64,000 nt of DNA from Rebecca billardiae RCC1528. Taxonomy: Eukaryota; Protista; Haptophyta. Below, one piece after another: positions 34,706 to 46,400 of the stretch. Numbering within the stretch: position 1 is the stretch's first letter; every line of letters starts with the position of its first letter. The notes under the pieces are model-generated. The model saw nothing but the letters and a program-made list of their open reading frames with translations. It was not told the DNA's origin and ran no database searches. Position numbers and translations under genes: made by a program. Location: NCBI GenBank assembly GCA_965240325.2, contig OZ251248.1, forward strand, positions 372,001 through 436,000, given 5' to 3'.

Positions 34706-36657
34706 GATTAAACTTTCTTCAGGAATGCGCACCAGAAAAAGCCTTAAGAATCCGCGCGGCCCAAGATGGGGTCGGCGGCCACGACGGCGGTTATGCGCCC
34801 TTGCGCGCCTTGGAGCGGCTCGTGCGCGCCAGGAAGTGGGCCAAACCATGCTCGCGACATGCTCGTTCGTCGACGCTGATTGTTGGCCGATTGCATGCCA
34901 GCCCACGCCGACGTCTGAGTGCGCCTCGCCGCGCACGGTACAGCTTGACGGTACACGGCACGATTCGGCCGCGAGCAGCCTCGTGCGCGCGACCGAGCCA
35001 GAGGTGGTCGTCGAGAGTAGCACGAGCGGCGGCACACAAGCGGGCCTGGTCGTTGCCGAATATCTGACGCACCAATCGACCTCGCCCAGCGCCATCTGCT
35101 CGTTTGCGCACGTGTCGGAAAGAATGCGCAGCTGCCTGCAAACGCCGAGCGCGCAGATGAGGCGTGGGCGAGCGAAGGGGCGGCGAGGGCCGGCGCGTGC
35201 GCGCGCGTAAATTCGAGCCTCCCCATACGCATCGAAACACACCGCGCTCGCTCGTCGAGCTGCGCACGGGTATCGGTGCGCGCGCGCCAACGCGGCGCGC
35301 CGTGAACGCGCCCGGCGAATGCACACCTGCTCGCGCGCGCACGCGCGCGTGATGGACCGAGGAGGTCGCGCGAGCATGCGCGATGTGTCTGGATGGAGCG
35401 TGTAGGAGGTGTAGGCTGCGCTCCGCACGCGCTCCGCCACCGTGCACCGCGCTGCCCCTCGTCCACGCGATCGCCGCCGAGCCCAGATTCAAACGCGCGC
35501 GAGCGCTCGAGCGCACCTCCGAGCAGCAGTCGCAGCTATCGTGACGACGGCGTGGCGAGAGGCAGATGTGCATGGCAAGTATCGTCATGGTGGTGCCCAT
35601 CACGCGCACACTCTCGCGCATGCTCGCTGCACCACCTCGTCGCGCCCACGTGCAGCGCGCGGGGCGCGCTTCGTGCCCGGAGCAGCTGCCGAGCGGCTCC
35701 CGCGCGCAGTGCGCGCGGCGAGTAGGGCTCAGCCAATGGTCCGAGGGCGAGCCGGCCGAGCCTCGTGCGTGACGCACACGGACCTGGTGCAACGCCGCGT
35801 ACCACTCGCAGCCACCATCGCGCCCGTACCAGCGAGCTGTGGCCGCCGCCGACACCCCAAAGCAGCCCAGCCGTCAGCGCGCGACAGCCGACGAGCGCGC
35901 GACGCGCGCGTGCACCACCGTGATGAGCACGGATGAGCGCGCGCGCCCGTGTCGTAGCTCAGGTGGGGTCCCCCGATCGCACGCACCACCGCGCTGCCAC
36001 GCCTTCGACCATCTTGTGTCACCACGCGGGCACACGCCGGGCAGGCGGCGGGGCAGCCCGCTCGGCAAACGGTCAGCGCGCAGCGAGGATGGAGTCCGGC
36101 GAGGGGCGACCGGAGTGTCCGGCGCGACGGAGGTGGTCCACGCCGTGGTCGCCGACGCGTTCCTCACCACCTCCGAGGCCGTGGTGGCCGCCCGGGAGAA
36201 GGAATGCTCCCAGTCGCACCCTTTGCAGTGCTCCTTTGCGCGTGCACGCAACGGCGAGGAGCGGAAGCGTTAGAGGGAACTTCCTGTGCAGTTCAGGCGT
36301 TCTTTCCCCGAAATGTAGAATGCGCGGAGAAGTTCCCTCTAACGATTTTTGTGTGCAGCCGTGCCGCGCGCGCGAGGAAGGCCACATGCGGCTCCTTGCA
36401 CATCTGCTGCAGATCGGCTCGTGCTCGGCGAGCGCGGCGAGGAGGAAGACCTGAGAGTGATATCGGCATCCGATCAGGAAGAGCGGGTCGATCTGCCCGC
36501 AGCTCGTCGCACGATCGCGAGAGCGCACGTGCGGTCGACGAGGAAGAAGGCCCGCATCGTGGCGTTTCCGCCAGTGGCGGGCCGGCTCGAGATTTGACGG
36601 CGAAACTCCAGCGGATTCTTAAGGCTTTTTCTGGTGCGCATTCCTGAAGAAAGTTTA

Positions 36658-36660
<3 letters not shown>
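34706..36660. mobile_element. Non-autonomous TIR DNA transposon (1955 bp) inserted in (TA)n
   Basis: Perfect 50-bp TIRs GATTAAACTTTCTTCAGG...AAGAATCCGC (34706-34755 and 36611-36660), with (TA)n on both flanks. No transposase recognised. Confidence 0.9.
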
Positions 36661-36695
<35 letters not shown>

Positions 36696-37393
36696 TATTA
36701 TATATATACTAATAATATAGGCCGCCGCCCGCCGTCTCTGACTCTGAGACTCTGAGTCTGAGTCTGAGGCCGTCGCGGCGTCGGCGGGCAGACGGCGGCC
36801 CGGTCGCGCGGACCCGGGCGGGACCGGACCGGACCGGTGCGCGCCGCTCGGCACTGCATGTAACCGCCACGCACCGGCCACTCGTCCGCGGGCGTCCCGT
36901 CGTCTGACGTCATTCATCTGAACTGCTGTGCGGACGATTGTACGACTGGCATGGGCGCACTCGATCTGCCTGCTGTGAAACTCTTCGTCAGACAGCCCGT
37001 CAGTTGACGATACCGACTCATAGTCATATACGACCGCCAGATGTTCTGTTCTGTTCAGTGGTTCTGTGGAGGACCCAAATAGAACACCGGATTCCCGGCC
37101 GCCGGAGTTTCAATTCTTTTCTTTTACCAGCAGCATCGTCCTGTGAAGAAGATTTTCTTTTTATATAGATCTTTTCTTTTCTTTTTAGCGGAAATGGCTT
37201 GGCTCAATGGTTCTATCCCTTTTTTTTGACAAATGGCTTTTTAGCTTGGGCATATCTCCGGGCGAATCTCCGCTCAGAGACCAGCCAATGGCGTGCCGTG
37301 GACTGCTACTCAACTTTACCCAGAAAAAGTCGGGCCCGGATGGCTACTCTCACTACTAGACACACTATACAGGGAGGTCCAGATGAAGTTTAT

Positions 37394-37958
37394 TGTCAAA
37401 GTCCAAGGCAGCCATCGGCGCCATTCCCCAGCTCGAGACTTTAATTCCAAGGCGCTGAGCAATTTCAGCCGCCAAGCTACAGACTTTCATCATGCAATTC
37501 AATCGGTTTCACCATTCAAGAGCAAGGCCAACAGCAGCCATTGTTCATGCAAGTTACTACTCCAAAGATAAGGAGCATCGGCACACACATGAGGTCTTCG
37601 GACTACACATCCAAGGGTCCAGGGATTCTTCACCACTTGGGAAGGTACCCTGAACTGGACCAGAGACTACCATGCAGTCATCAGAACTTTCTTTTCATTT
37701 CGAGGAGACGTCCCGATCATCACAGGAAGCTTTCGTGCAATGACCCGAAGGCAATCAACGGAATTCCGAGAGCATTCCGACCGAGGGAAGCAGGCACACG
37801 AAGATTCCAAAATCTTCGATGCCACTTCCATCAGCTTTCACCAGACTGAAACATCAGCTTACTTGAAACCAGCCATCACTCATCAGCAAGGGGGACGCCC
37901 CTTCGCCCCACGAAACACAGCTAGTAAGGACCGCACGACACGCGCGAAGCGCCAATCA
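37394..37958 (+). repeat. 5' LTR of copia B
   Basis: Direct repeat of 48142-48706. Confidence 0.96.
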
Positions 37959-39940
37959 TGAGCTCACGGGTGCACAACGTCGTCCGATCCTACGATCAGC
38001 GCAAGCGGACCCGCATCGATCGGCTCCGCCACCACGGGAGCCCCATGCTCCTCGACATTGATTTCGGCGACAACGCCGGATCGGCACGGAACGACACCGG
38101 CCGCAAGGAAGACATCGAGTTCCCATCCTCGCGATGGTACGACCAGGGCGGGAGCCCGCGTACCTTCTACGAGGACCGTCGCAGCTCCATCGAGAAGCGC
38201 GACCGCCACGACGGACACTACCCGCGTGGCGAGCAAGGCCCCAGTCGCCAAGGCAACGGCGGCGGCCGGCATCACGCACCGACCGAGTACAAGCACCACC
38301 GGCGGAGCGACGACAACCTCGTACCCTACGACGGGACGCGGTTCGCGGAGAGCACAAGGCCATCCAACTCCGCGCATGCGCACTGGCACCCGCCCCATTC
38401 GCGGGGCCACCGATACCATCCCTCGCATGACAGCGAGGCCGAGCGCGCCGCGCCGCGCACCGGCGCGCGCGCAACTGAACCCATGACGATCCCCAGCGCG
38501 CAGGAGCGATCGTCGGCGCACGACAAGTACCCAAACGGCCCGCGGCCCTCCGGCACGCTGGGCTGGGACTACAAGCAGCCCGTCGTGCTCCCTGAGCAAT
38601 GGCGAGTGCCCCCGTCCTCGCAGAAGGACGACTCGCCGTCGTCGCAGTCGCTGCATCGCGACGCTACGACACAGACGGAATCCCCGGACTCGGCGTCGCC
38701 GACTGCGACTGGACACGACCAGCATGGAGGCAGCAGCGTCGCAGCGCCGGAGGCGGACGCGATGGCGGGCGACATCCCGACCATCAGCGTCGTGACCGAC
38801 TTCAAGGAGCCGCACAGCCACTACCCCTTCGACCCGGGCCAGATCACTGGCGAACAGCGGTCGGAGCCGTTCGAGGAGTTCGCGCCGCAGCTTGACGACC
38901 TCGCGCGCGGCTCGACCCCGCCGCCGGACGCGTTGAGCCTCAATGATGTCCTCAGCGTGCTCAAGGATGCGGCCATCGACATCAACGGACTCGTCTACCA
39001 GGATCCGATGGACATCGGAGACGACATCTTCACCATTGGAGGTATGTGCAGCGACCCGACTGACCGGCCCCAATCCATCTTGTGCTGCAACAAGGCAGCA
39101 TGGGAACACGCTGCGCGCGACAAGCATCGCATGTCCTCATACCTGTGCACTTACCCCCTCCTGGCTGTCAGCAGTTGGTATGGTGTAGGCGAGACCTTCG
39201 ATTGCATCATCCCGGAGATCCCGACGCGCAAGAACATGGGCAACGGCATCTACTGCAGCCAGTGGAGTGAGATTGACGACGATGATCCGAAGTCGCGCCA
39301 GCCATGCGACAATCAGTCGTGCACATCGATGCATTGCACCCTCGAATGCATCATCTGTGGGATGGGCAGAGTCTGCAGCTACCGATGCGCAGACGCCATC
39401 CAAGTTCAGCATCAGCTCGAATGTGAGCAGATTATCCAGTTTGCAGCGATGAACGACGGGATTGACATCGATGATGATGGCATTCACTTCCACCGGCAGG
39501 ACGGACCCGTCGCAGCGGCTGATCGCCGCAGCCTGAGCGTCGTGAACGACGCAGGCGCCAGCCTCGATGATATTTGCCCTTGGCGGCCATCCAAACGATG
39601 CACTATCTACTCGGGAGGCTTCATCGCAGCAGCCGCAGAGCGGCAAGGTCACAACTACACAGTTGGAGACTATGTGCGGGAGAGGGACGAGCTTCACCAA
39701 AGCAAGTTCGATCTCATGTTCCATTGTAATGACGCACTCCTACAGCCAGGTGTCGCATGCTTCCTGCACAAAGAGTTCTATGGGCTGACTTCTGAAGCGA
39801 GCGAGGGACACTCGCCGGCTGACGACGGCCCACCTGGTGGTGTCACAAACTACCCACCTGCCACGACTGGTGACGACAACAGCGCACAGCAGAGCAGCGA
39901 CACAGCGCAGGATCGCCCGCCAGCCACGACCGTAAGCTAA
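37958..39940 (+). CDS. Extra 660-aa ORF inside copia B with a MYND-like zinc finger
   Basis: Long ATG-initiated ORF of normal complexity. It contains CDNQSC-x8-CIIC-x5-CSYRC-x7-H-x3-C at ~39305-39424. Confidence 0.7.
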   Translation: MSSRVHNVVRSYDQRKRTRIDRLRHHGSPMLLDIDFGDNAGSARNDTGRKEDIEFPSSRWYDQGGSPRTFYEDRRSSIEKRDRHDGHYPRGEQGPSRQGNGGGRHHAPTEYKHHRRSDDNLVPYDGTRFAESTRPSNSAHAHWHPPHSRGHRYHPSHDSEAERAAPRTGARATEPMTIPSAQERSSAHDKYPNGPRPSGTLGWDYKQPVVLPEQWRVPPSSQKDDSPSSQSLHRDATTQTESPDSASPTATGHDQHGGSSVAAPEADAMAGDIPTISVVTDFKEPHSHYPFDPGQITGEQRSEPFEEFAPQLDDLARGSTPPPDALSLNDVLSVLKDAAIDINGLVYQDPMDIGDDIFTIGGMCSDPTDRPQSILCCNKAAWEHAARDKHRMSSYLCTYPLLAVSSWYGVGETFDCIIPEIPTRKNMGNGIYCSQWSEIDDDDPKSRQPCDNQSCTSMHCTLECIICGMGRVCSYRCADAIQVQHQLECEQIIQFAAMNDGIDIDDDGIHFHRQDGPVAAADRRSLSVVNDAGASLDDICPWRPSKRCTIYSGGFIAAAAERQGHNYTVGDYVRERDELHQSKFDLMFHCNDALLQPGVACFLHKEFYGLTSEASEGHSPADDGPPGGVTNYPPATTGDDNSAQQSSDTAQDRPPATTVS

Positions 39941-42900
39941 TTCGGCGAACCCATTAAAAAAATGCGATAACTGCCGACCCGGCTCCCTCGCCGGCAGTTG
40001 GACGCGGCCGGCGGACGGCCGGAGGCGAATTGGTCGAGCGCTTCGCGATGTCGTCGAAATCGCCCATCGCGCGACGAACGTCGCCAGCTGGCGTCGGCCT
40101 GGGACCGAGCGGCTTGGCTGGGCCGCGATGGTGCGTGCGCTTCAGCTGCGCAATACAGTTCCCCGCATTTGCGGCGCGGCGCAGGAATCGCTCCGCCGCA
40201 TCCATCGTCCACCTGCACCCCGTTTGCACGCGCGGCCATGATTTGAACATTCGCGCGCGCGAAGGCGCGCACAGCGCCGAGCCCCTTGGAGATGCGGGTC
40301 TGGCGAATAAGTGGCGATGGGCGGGATCGGAGTGTAGATGCCCAAAATGCGCATCACGTATCCTGCATCTGACGCGTTCACCATGCACGCGCGCCCTTTC
40401 TGCTGCTCGCCTGCATGTGGCCGCATCTGCCCGCCGCCGCGGATCGCCGCGCGCGCAGACACTTGGCGTGAAAGAAGGGCGGGGAGAAGGACGTGCGAGG
40501 TCTAATGCCGCATACGAAGGGCCCCTCGATGCATTTTCACCGGTACACCAACCAGATCACACAGCAGAGCGTGCTCGCGCGGCAGAAGCGCACTGTTTGT
40601 GGAGCTCGCGCGAGGCGGTCGAGGCGGCATGGCAGGCGATGTGTGGGTCTGGTAGCGCTCTGGCGACGGCGATGAACGCGTTGCACGTCGCGCTCCTCGT
40701 TATCTGCATGTCCGCGTGCAGCGCCGCCCTCTTCGTCGCGCAGGTGCGCAAGATTCATGAGCGGCTGCGGCGTGACTCGGCGACGTGACCGGTCAGGGGC
40801 AAGCTGCTTACTGCTGTCGCCTGCAGTACCGTTCCTGAGAACCCAGCCTTCCTCGGCCTCGACGCACGCGGCGAGCGCGCAGCCCTAGGCGGCGTGCCGA
40901 ACAGACTTGGCCTGCTCGTTCAGCGCGGTCATCTCGCTCAAGTTCATGCACAACGGCGAGGTCGTACTTGCGCTCGTCAACCTCACCACGGCCGTGTCCG
41001 AGCCCAACGTGCAGCCCGTGACGACCGTTGCCGCTCGGCGGGACGGTCCGGCATCCCGTGTCACAGCTCAGCCGCTCTGTGCCCGGACCGCGCGGGCCGC
41101 GCGGCTCGCCGCCGTTGAAGCTCCGCCGCCGCCGCAGCAGCCAGCGCAGCAGTCGGCGGCGCGACGGCTGCCGCCGCTGCCGCCGGCGCCGCGGCTCGCT
41201 CGCTGCACGAGACAGACAGAAGTCGGCGCGCGCCACCAGTCGTCGCAGCGGTCCGTACCGGCGCGATCCTCGCGTGAGGCCATCATGAGAGCTGACTACG
41301 GGGACTCTCACTCGCCGCCGGGTCACAATGGCCGAGCGGCCGCGGCCGCGGCAGGGCGGGTCACCGGTGGCGCGGGTGCCAGTAGCTACCGCCCGGGTGC
41401 CAGTAGCTACTGGCACCCGGGGCCTAGCTAGTATCTATAGTATAGCTACTGGCACCCGCGCGCCCGGGCCCGGCCGCGGCGTCACGCAGTCAGCACGGCT
41501 CACACTACGATGACCGGTTACTCAGCGGACTACCGGGAATCTGTCCGGTTGGACGTCGAGTTTCATTGCGGACTACGCGGCTGACCGCCCGACGATCGGC
41601 CGGCCCCGCGGCGGAGGCGGCAGCGGGCGCGGAGGCTGACCGGAGGCGCGGAGCGGGTCGGGCGCAGCTGACTCAGCAGCCTCCTCGATGACTCTCACGA
41701 CGTACGGTCCTACTGGTCGATAACACGACTCTCACTTGGTCAGGCGACTGCTACTACAGTGAGCCGCGCGGGCCCGGGCTCGGACCGCGCGCACCGCCGG
41801 GCGCGGCTGCTGCCACAAGTCACGACTCAGCGCCGGACGATGACCGGGACCGGGACTCAGTCCGACAGCTGCGTGGCAGGCCGTGACCGACGTGAACGGT
41901 GAATCCGACTCCGAGCTTTGAAGCACTTCATCACTGCTCGTCCGACTGGATGGCGCGGCTGCTCGCTGCTCGTGCGCCGCACCGCCGCCACCGCCTCCGC
42001 CGCGCTCTCGTGCGCGGAGGCTTGGCGCCGAGTCCTTCGCGCGCGAGCTCGAGCTTGCACGCGCCTGGGACGCGCGCCCACACCCCGCACGTGTCACCTC
42101 GTGCGCAGGAGCCAGGTCCGCTTCGAGCCGCCCAAGCTCCTCCGCGCCTTCCTCGCGCGCGGCAGCGCGCTCGGCCACGTGCGCGCGCGCCTCACGCCGA
42201 GCAGCAGCGGCAAGCGCGAACGCAGCGGTTTGCCGAGCAGGCTTGCTCGCGGCGGCATCGGCCGAGGCTGCGCGCCACTTGGCCTCGGCCACGCCGAGCA
42301 GCACCCTACGTGCAGCCATCGTCTCGGCGGCCGCCGCCGTCCGTTCGGCTGCTGCAGCGTGCTCCGCGTGCAGCTGCTTCTCGAGTCTCGGCACGGCGCT
42401 CAGCTCGCAGCTCTTGCGCACGTTCGCCTCCGACAGTTCGGCAACGTGGATCGCGAGCAGGTCGGCGCTGCCGTCCACGGCAGCAATGCTTGCCGCCGAG
42501 AGCTGCGTGCCGTGCGGCGGGCGCCGCGGCGCGGGCGGGCGGGTGGCGGGCGATGAGCGATGGGCCGGGCCAGCGATCGGCGTCTCGTCGACGAGTGCGG
42601 GCAGCTGGTGGCGAGCTCCGGCTTGCACGGGCAGCAGGGAGGTGGAAGGGTGAGGGCAGCGGGCAGTCGGCACGGCCAGGCGGCGGTAGTGACACGACGG
42701 CGGTCAACACGGAGGGGTCGAGCCGCGGGCACGTGGTCTCGGCAGCTGCCGCGCGGGCAGCTGGGTCATGCGGGGCGGCGCTGCAGGTTGCACCCGCCGT
42801 GTGAGGCGTCGAGCCGCATCCGCTCTGAGGGCTCGATCTGGGCGGTGGACACGAACGCCGTAAGCGGAGTGCTGCAGGCGGGGCCGCGAGAGGCGGGGCC

Positions 42901-43451
42901 GCAACAACTTCCGCCGTTATCGCCGGGCGGCGACGCCTAGTCGCCGCCCTCCTCGCGCGCCATCGCAGTGATCTGACCCCACACGCCTGGCATCATCGCC
43001 TCGGAGAAGTGCTAGTGCCGCGCAGCTCCAAACTCGAGCGGCGTGCGTGCTCGGAGCAGCAGCCGGCTGCGGATCAGGCTTCAGTCGAATGCATACGCAC
43101 CTGTGGCTGCCGTGCATGGCCTCCTCACCGAGGAAGAAGGGTGTTCTGTGGCCATCCATAAAAAAAGGTGCGCACTGGCGCCCGAGCCGCCCGCGCGGCA
43201 CGCGACCTCAACTGCACCTGTTCCGATCTCGAGCTGTGGGCAGGGCGGGGTGTCTTGGATCGATGGGGAGACGCTCGGGGAAATTCGTCGGGGTAGTCTG
43301 GGACTGCGCGCGCACGCTCCCCGCCCTTCAGCGCGCCGCGCGTCGCCATGCTGAATTTCCGCGAGCGGGCGGGTGCAGGGGGGGGCCCGTAACGACATCT
43401 TTTCCGAAATCTTGCGCTGTGGATGGGGACGAGTCTTCTACATCGTCGGAC

Positions 43452-46400
43452 ATGGGCAGCTATGCCACAGCAGAGGACCACATTGAGACAAGCTCGCTCG
43501 ACGCGTCACCACGAACGCGCAGAAATGGAGGCGAAGCTTGCATCACCTACTTGCCCGACGCACATGCAATGATGGCTGTGCAGACAAGCCAGCCTGGCGT
43601 CGGAAGCTACAAGCTGAATTTCTTCACAATCAAATCGAAAATGGCTATCCACGGAGCGATCAAGGACGCAGTCACCGAGGTCAAGGCTTCCTTCAAGGGA
43701 AGAGCGACCGACACTACGTCGTCCATGGTCACCCTCGTCGAGGCCAGGCTCTCCGGATACGCGCTGGCCGAGGCCGCCGTGTGGACAGCCGAAAATGCTA
43801 TTCGGGAACCGTACGCAACCGCATTCGCAAACATGGACGCGGACACCACCATCATGCAGATGACGATCGTCTACGAGCGATCGGTGGAAGTACTTTTCAA
43901 GCGTATCAAGGACATGATGCTGCCGAGTCTCTTTTCGTACCTCGAGTCGAAACGGCACATCGTGAACCCAAATGAGAATTTCCTGAATTTACATACTCTG
44001 CTCGAAATCTTCGAGCACGAGCTGAACGTATCGACCATGTCGGAGCTCCGAGCTGAGTTCAAGAAGCTCTACCCGGACCGACCGACCCCGGTGAGCGGCC
44101 CCGAGATGATCAAGCAAACGGTGGAGATGGTACGCGCATCACGCTATCGAGAGCTAGACGACGCCACACTCCTCGTTTTCAAGTTGTACAACGGGATGCA
44201 CGAGCACCCAGAGGTCTACTCGACCGTCATCTCTATTTACGGTTCAATGTCGCCCCAGCAATGCGTGGCGCAGACCGAACAGCTCACCGCCCAGATCGAG
44301 GACGCATACAGGCGTTGGACTCAGTCGCCCAAGGGACGACAGGCAACGCAACGTGACCCCAAGCGGGGCGGTCCCGCGCACGCTCTCAATACTGAGGAGG
44401 CGGACCGCCGACAACCAGCCGTCACGTGCTCGCACTGCGGGCTGCGCAATCACACCGCAGAGCGGTGCTGGAAGCTACATCCAGACTTGCGGCCACCCAG
44501 GCCGCCCGGCGCACCAAGGCAGGGCAACTTCAGGCTGCCCGCCAAGCCCGGCGGGCGCGACAGCAAGTTCATCAAAGTACCTCCGCCCCAAAAGCGGGCG
44601 GGGAGGCCACGGGCCCAGATGGTGCAAGACGAGGACATCGACCCGGAGCCCGATGACGCAGATCTCGAGCCGACGCAATACGCGTATCTGGACTCGGGCG
44701 CGTCCCAATCATTTGTCGATATCAACCTCGGCCTGCTACACAATGCTCACCCGATCAGCATGTCTGTCAAGGTCGCCAAGCGCGACATTGAGCTACACGC
44801 ATCCAAGGCAGGCGACATGTACGTATACTTACTCGACGCCGACTCAGACACAACCGTGCCGGTGTGCCTGGAAAACGTCGTCGGAGTCGAAGATCTCGAT
44901 ACTACTCTCTTTTCAGTCAACGCGTTCGCCGCGGTCGGAATGGCTGTGGTGTTCGACGAACGACCATACATCCGCATCGGCCCCAAGAGGGTTCATTTGC
45001 GCCCCGACAACACGGTCGGATTCAAGGCAGTCGTACCCAAGGCCGAGACAGCCATGCCGGCCACCGCGGACGACGTGCCACCAGACGTCGACCCGATCAA
45101 GAACGGGCGGAAGATCACGCTCTGGCAATCCAGACTAGGATATGCCGATATCAAGCGTGTACGCGCAACCTACCGCGCGAATGACAAGATGTCGGAGGCA
45201 TCGCCCTGCACGTACCAGCCCTCCGACGTTGCCAAGTTCAAGGCCAAGCCGTTCCCGGGCACACGTGAGAGAACAACTCGACCGCTCGAGATGCTCCACA
45301 ACGATGTCATCGGGCCCATCAACGGGCTGCCCGCAAAGACTCCAAGGTGGGGAACTCTATTCATCGATGATTTTTCCGGATACATGCGCTTCTACGACAT
45401 GCAAAACAAGGCTGAAGCGCCGGAGAAGCTCGACCTCATGGCCAGCGAGATGGGAGCCAACTCTCTATCCGCCACCATGCAGAACAAGGGCATCGCCGGA
45501 TGCACCATTCACCTCGACGGAGGCCGAGAGTTACACTCAAAGAATTGGAACCGAGTCCTTCGCAGGTACGACATGCTATGCAACTACATGTCGCCCCCCC
45601 ACACGCAGCAGCTGAACGGCGTCGCCGAACGTGGCCTCGGAGTCATCATGAATGACGCCAGGACAATGCTGTACCTCTCAGGCGTACACCACAAATGGTG
45701 GTATTGGGCAGCCAAGTGCGCTGCCGCGCAACGCAACCTGATGAGCAAGCATCCTACCAGCGATGGCAAGCTGGTTTCACCGCACGAGCTGATGTTTGGC
45801 ACCTCGCCCGGGCCCTTCCTGCAAAAGCTGAGAGTCTGGGGCTCGCCCTGCATCTACCTCGTACAGTCGATCAACAAGCAGAACAAGCTACTCCCGCGCG
45901 CGCGGGAGGGCATCTTACTGGGATACGGATTTGACGGTATCTTCGAGCGAGGCACCATCAAGCGATCGCACGGATACATCGTTTTGAGTGCCGACGACGG
46001 GAAAATCGTCATCACTCGGCACGTCAAGTTCAACGAGCAAGTCATTTTGGATCGAATCTCTACGCATTTCAAGGAGATCCGCGAAATTCGGGACCCCCTG
46101 CTGGCGTGGAGCGCTCGGCGACCTCCTCAAGGTGCAGATGCTGGTAAGACCCGTGACAGCAACACCAACGAGGAGGGCGACGAAGAGTTTGCCAGCAGCA
46201 GCAGTGACGCCGACAGCGACTCCGAGCGCGGAGGAGACGATCCGCCATCGCCGGACGAGGAATCAGACGACGATGACAAGGACGACAGGGACAAACCCGA
46301 CGACGACGAGAAGGGAAATGATGGCGACGGCGACGACGGTGATGGAGACGGCCCCGGAGCTGGAGGCAGACCATCGCAGAGCAATACGCCACCGCAGCCA

